Part shown: piece by piece, positions 63,698 to 64,000 of the stretch | Layout: every line of letters begins with the position of its first letter | How positions within the stretch are numbered: the stretch's first letter is position 1 | Assembly: GCF_006345805.1 (NCBI RefSeq) | Contig: NC_043012.1 | Coordinates: 26,970,001 to 27,034,000 of the forward strand | From: Octopus sinensis | Taxonomy: Eukaryota | Reading direction: 5' to 3' | Length of the DNA: 64,000 bases | The notes under the pieces: model-generated | The model's database searches: none | Told to the model about the DNA's origin: nothing | The model's input: the letters and a program-made list of their open reading frames with translations, nothing else | Program-made: the position numbers and the translations under genes

Positions 63698-64000
63698 TAC
63701 AGGGGTTAAACAAAATAATGCGAACACCTTGAAATTTCAAACAAATTTATTTTGATATGGGGTAGGACCATATTAACTTGAATTCTACGAGGTGTGGATT
63801 CGTACAAAGTTTGAATCGTTTCCAAAGGAATTTGTGTCCATTCTTCAGCTAAAACAGTCCCTAATTCTTGCAGTGATGATGGTGGAAGATATCGACTCCT
63901 TACTTGTTTCTCTAAAATGCACCATAAATGTTCAATAATATTGAGATCTGGAGACTGTGGTGGCCAGATAAGATGTTCAACTTTACTAGAATGTTACTCG
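63698..64000 (-). mobile_element. Second copy of the DD36E-like Tc1 fragment (runs off the window)
   Basis: Same sequence family as 21327-21785, including ..HLIWPPQSPDLNIIEHLWCI and the TA-CAG terminus. Confidence 0.85.

Overview
Eukaryotic, AT-rich, microsatellite-saturated DNA. The tRNA-derived SINE families, (TA)n/(TATG)n/(GATA)n density and TE mix point to a coleoid cephalopod, most likely Octopus (inference). The only well-supported host coding sequence is the 3' end of a class A (rhodopsin-like) peptide-receptor GPCR on the + strand: a TM7 exon with NPxxY ending at 6430, a probable terminal exon from 7168 and a possible TM6-end mini-exon at 6154. The remaining ~57 kb is intergenic or intronic. 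It holds four SINE families, Tc1/mariner remnants and MITEs, hAT- and piggyBac-type MITEs, RTE-, R4/Dong- and L1/Tx1-like LINE fragments, Penelope-like remnants and very long microsatellites. Nearly all ORFs in the supplied track are microsatellite or SINE artefacts. Most notable observations: (1) two well-formed and one degenerate type I hammerhead-ribozyme motifs on the minus strand, one sitting at an inverted-repeat junction; (2) repeated foldback or inverted duplications, mostly anchored on (TA)n tracts (38 bp to ~520 bp arms), which are either a real template-switch process or long-read artefacts; (3) two anomalies in the GPCR frame (an out-of-frame 122-nt segment in ECL3, and a TAA just after helix 8 followed by 56 open codons); (4) a composite two-module satellite with an internal inversion. 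Many coordinates of degraded repeats are approximate, and family names were assigned by eye, without database searches.
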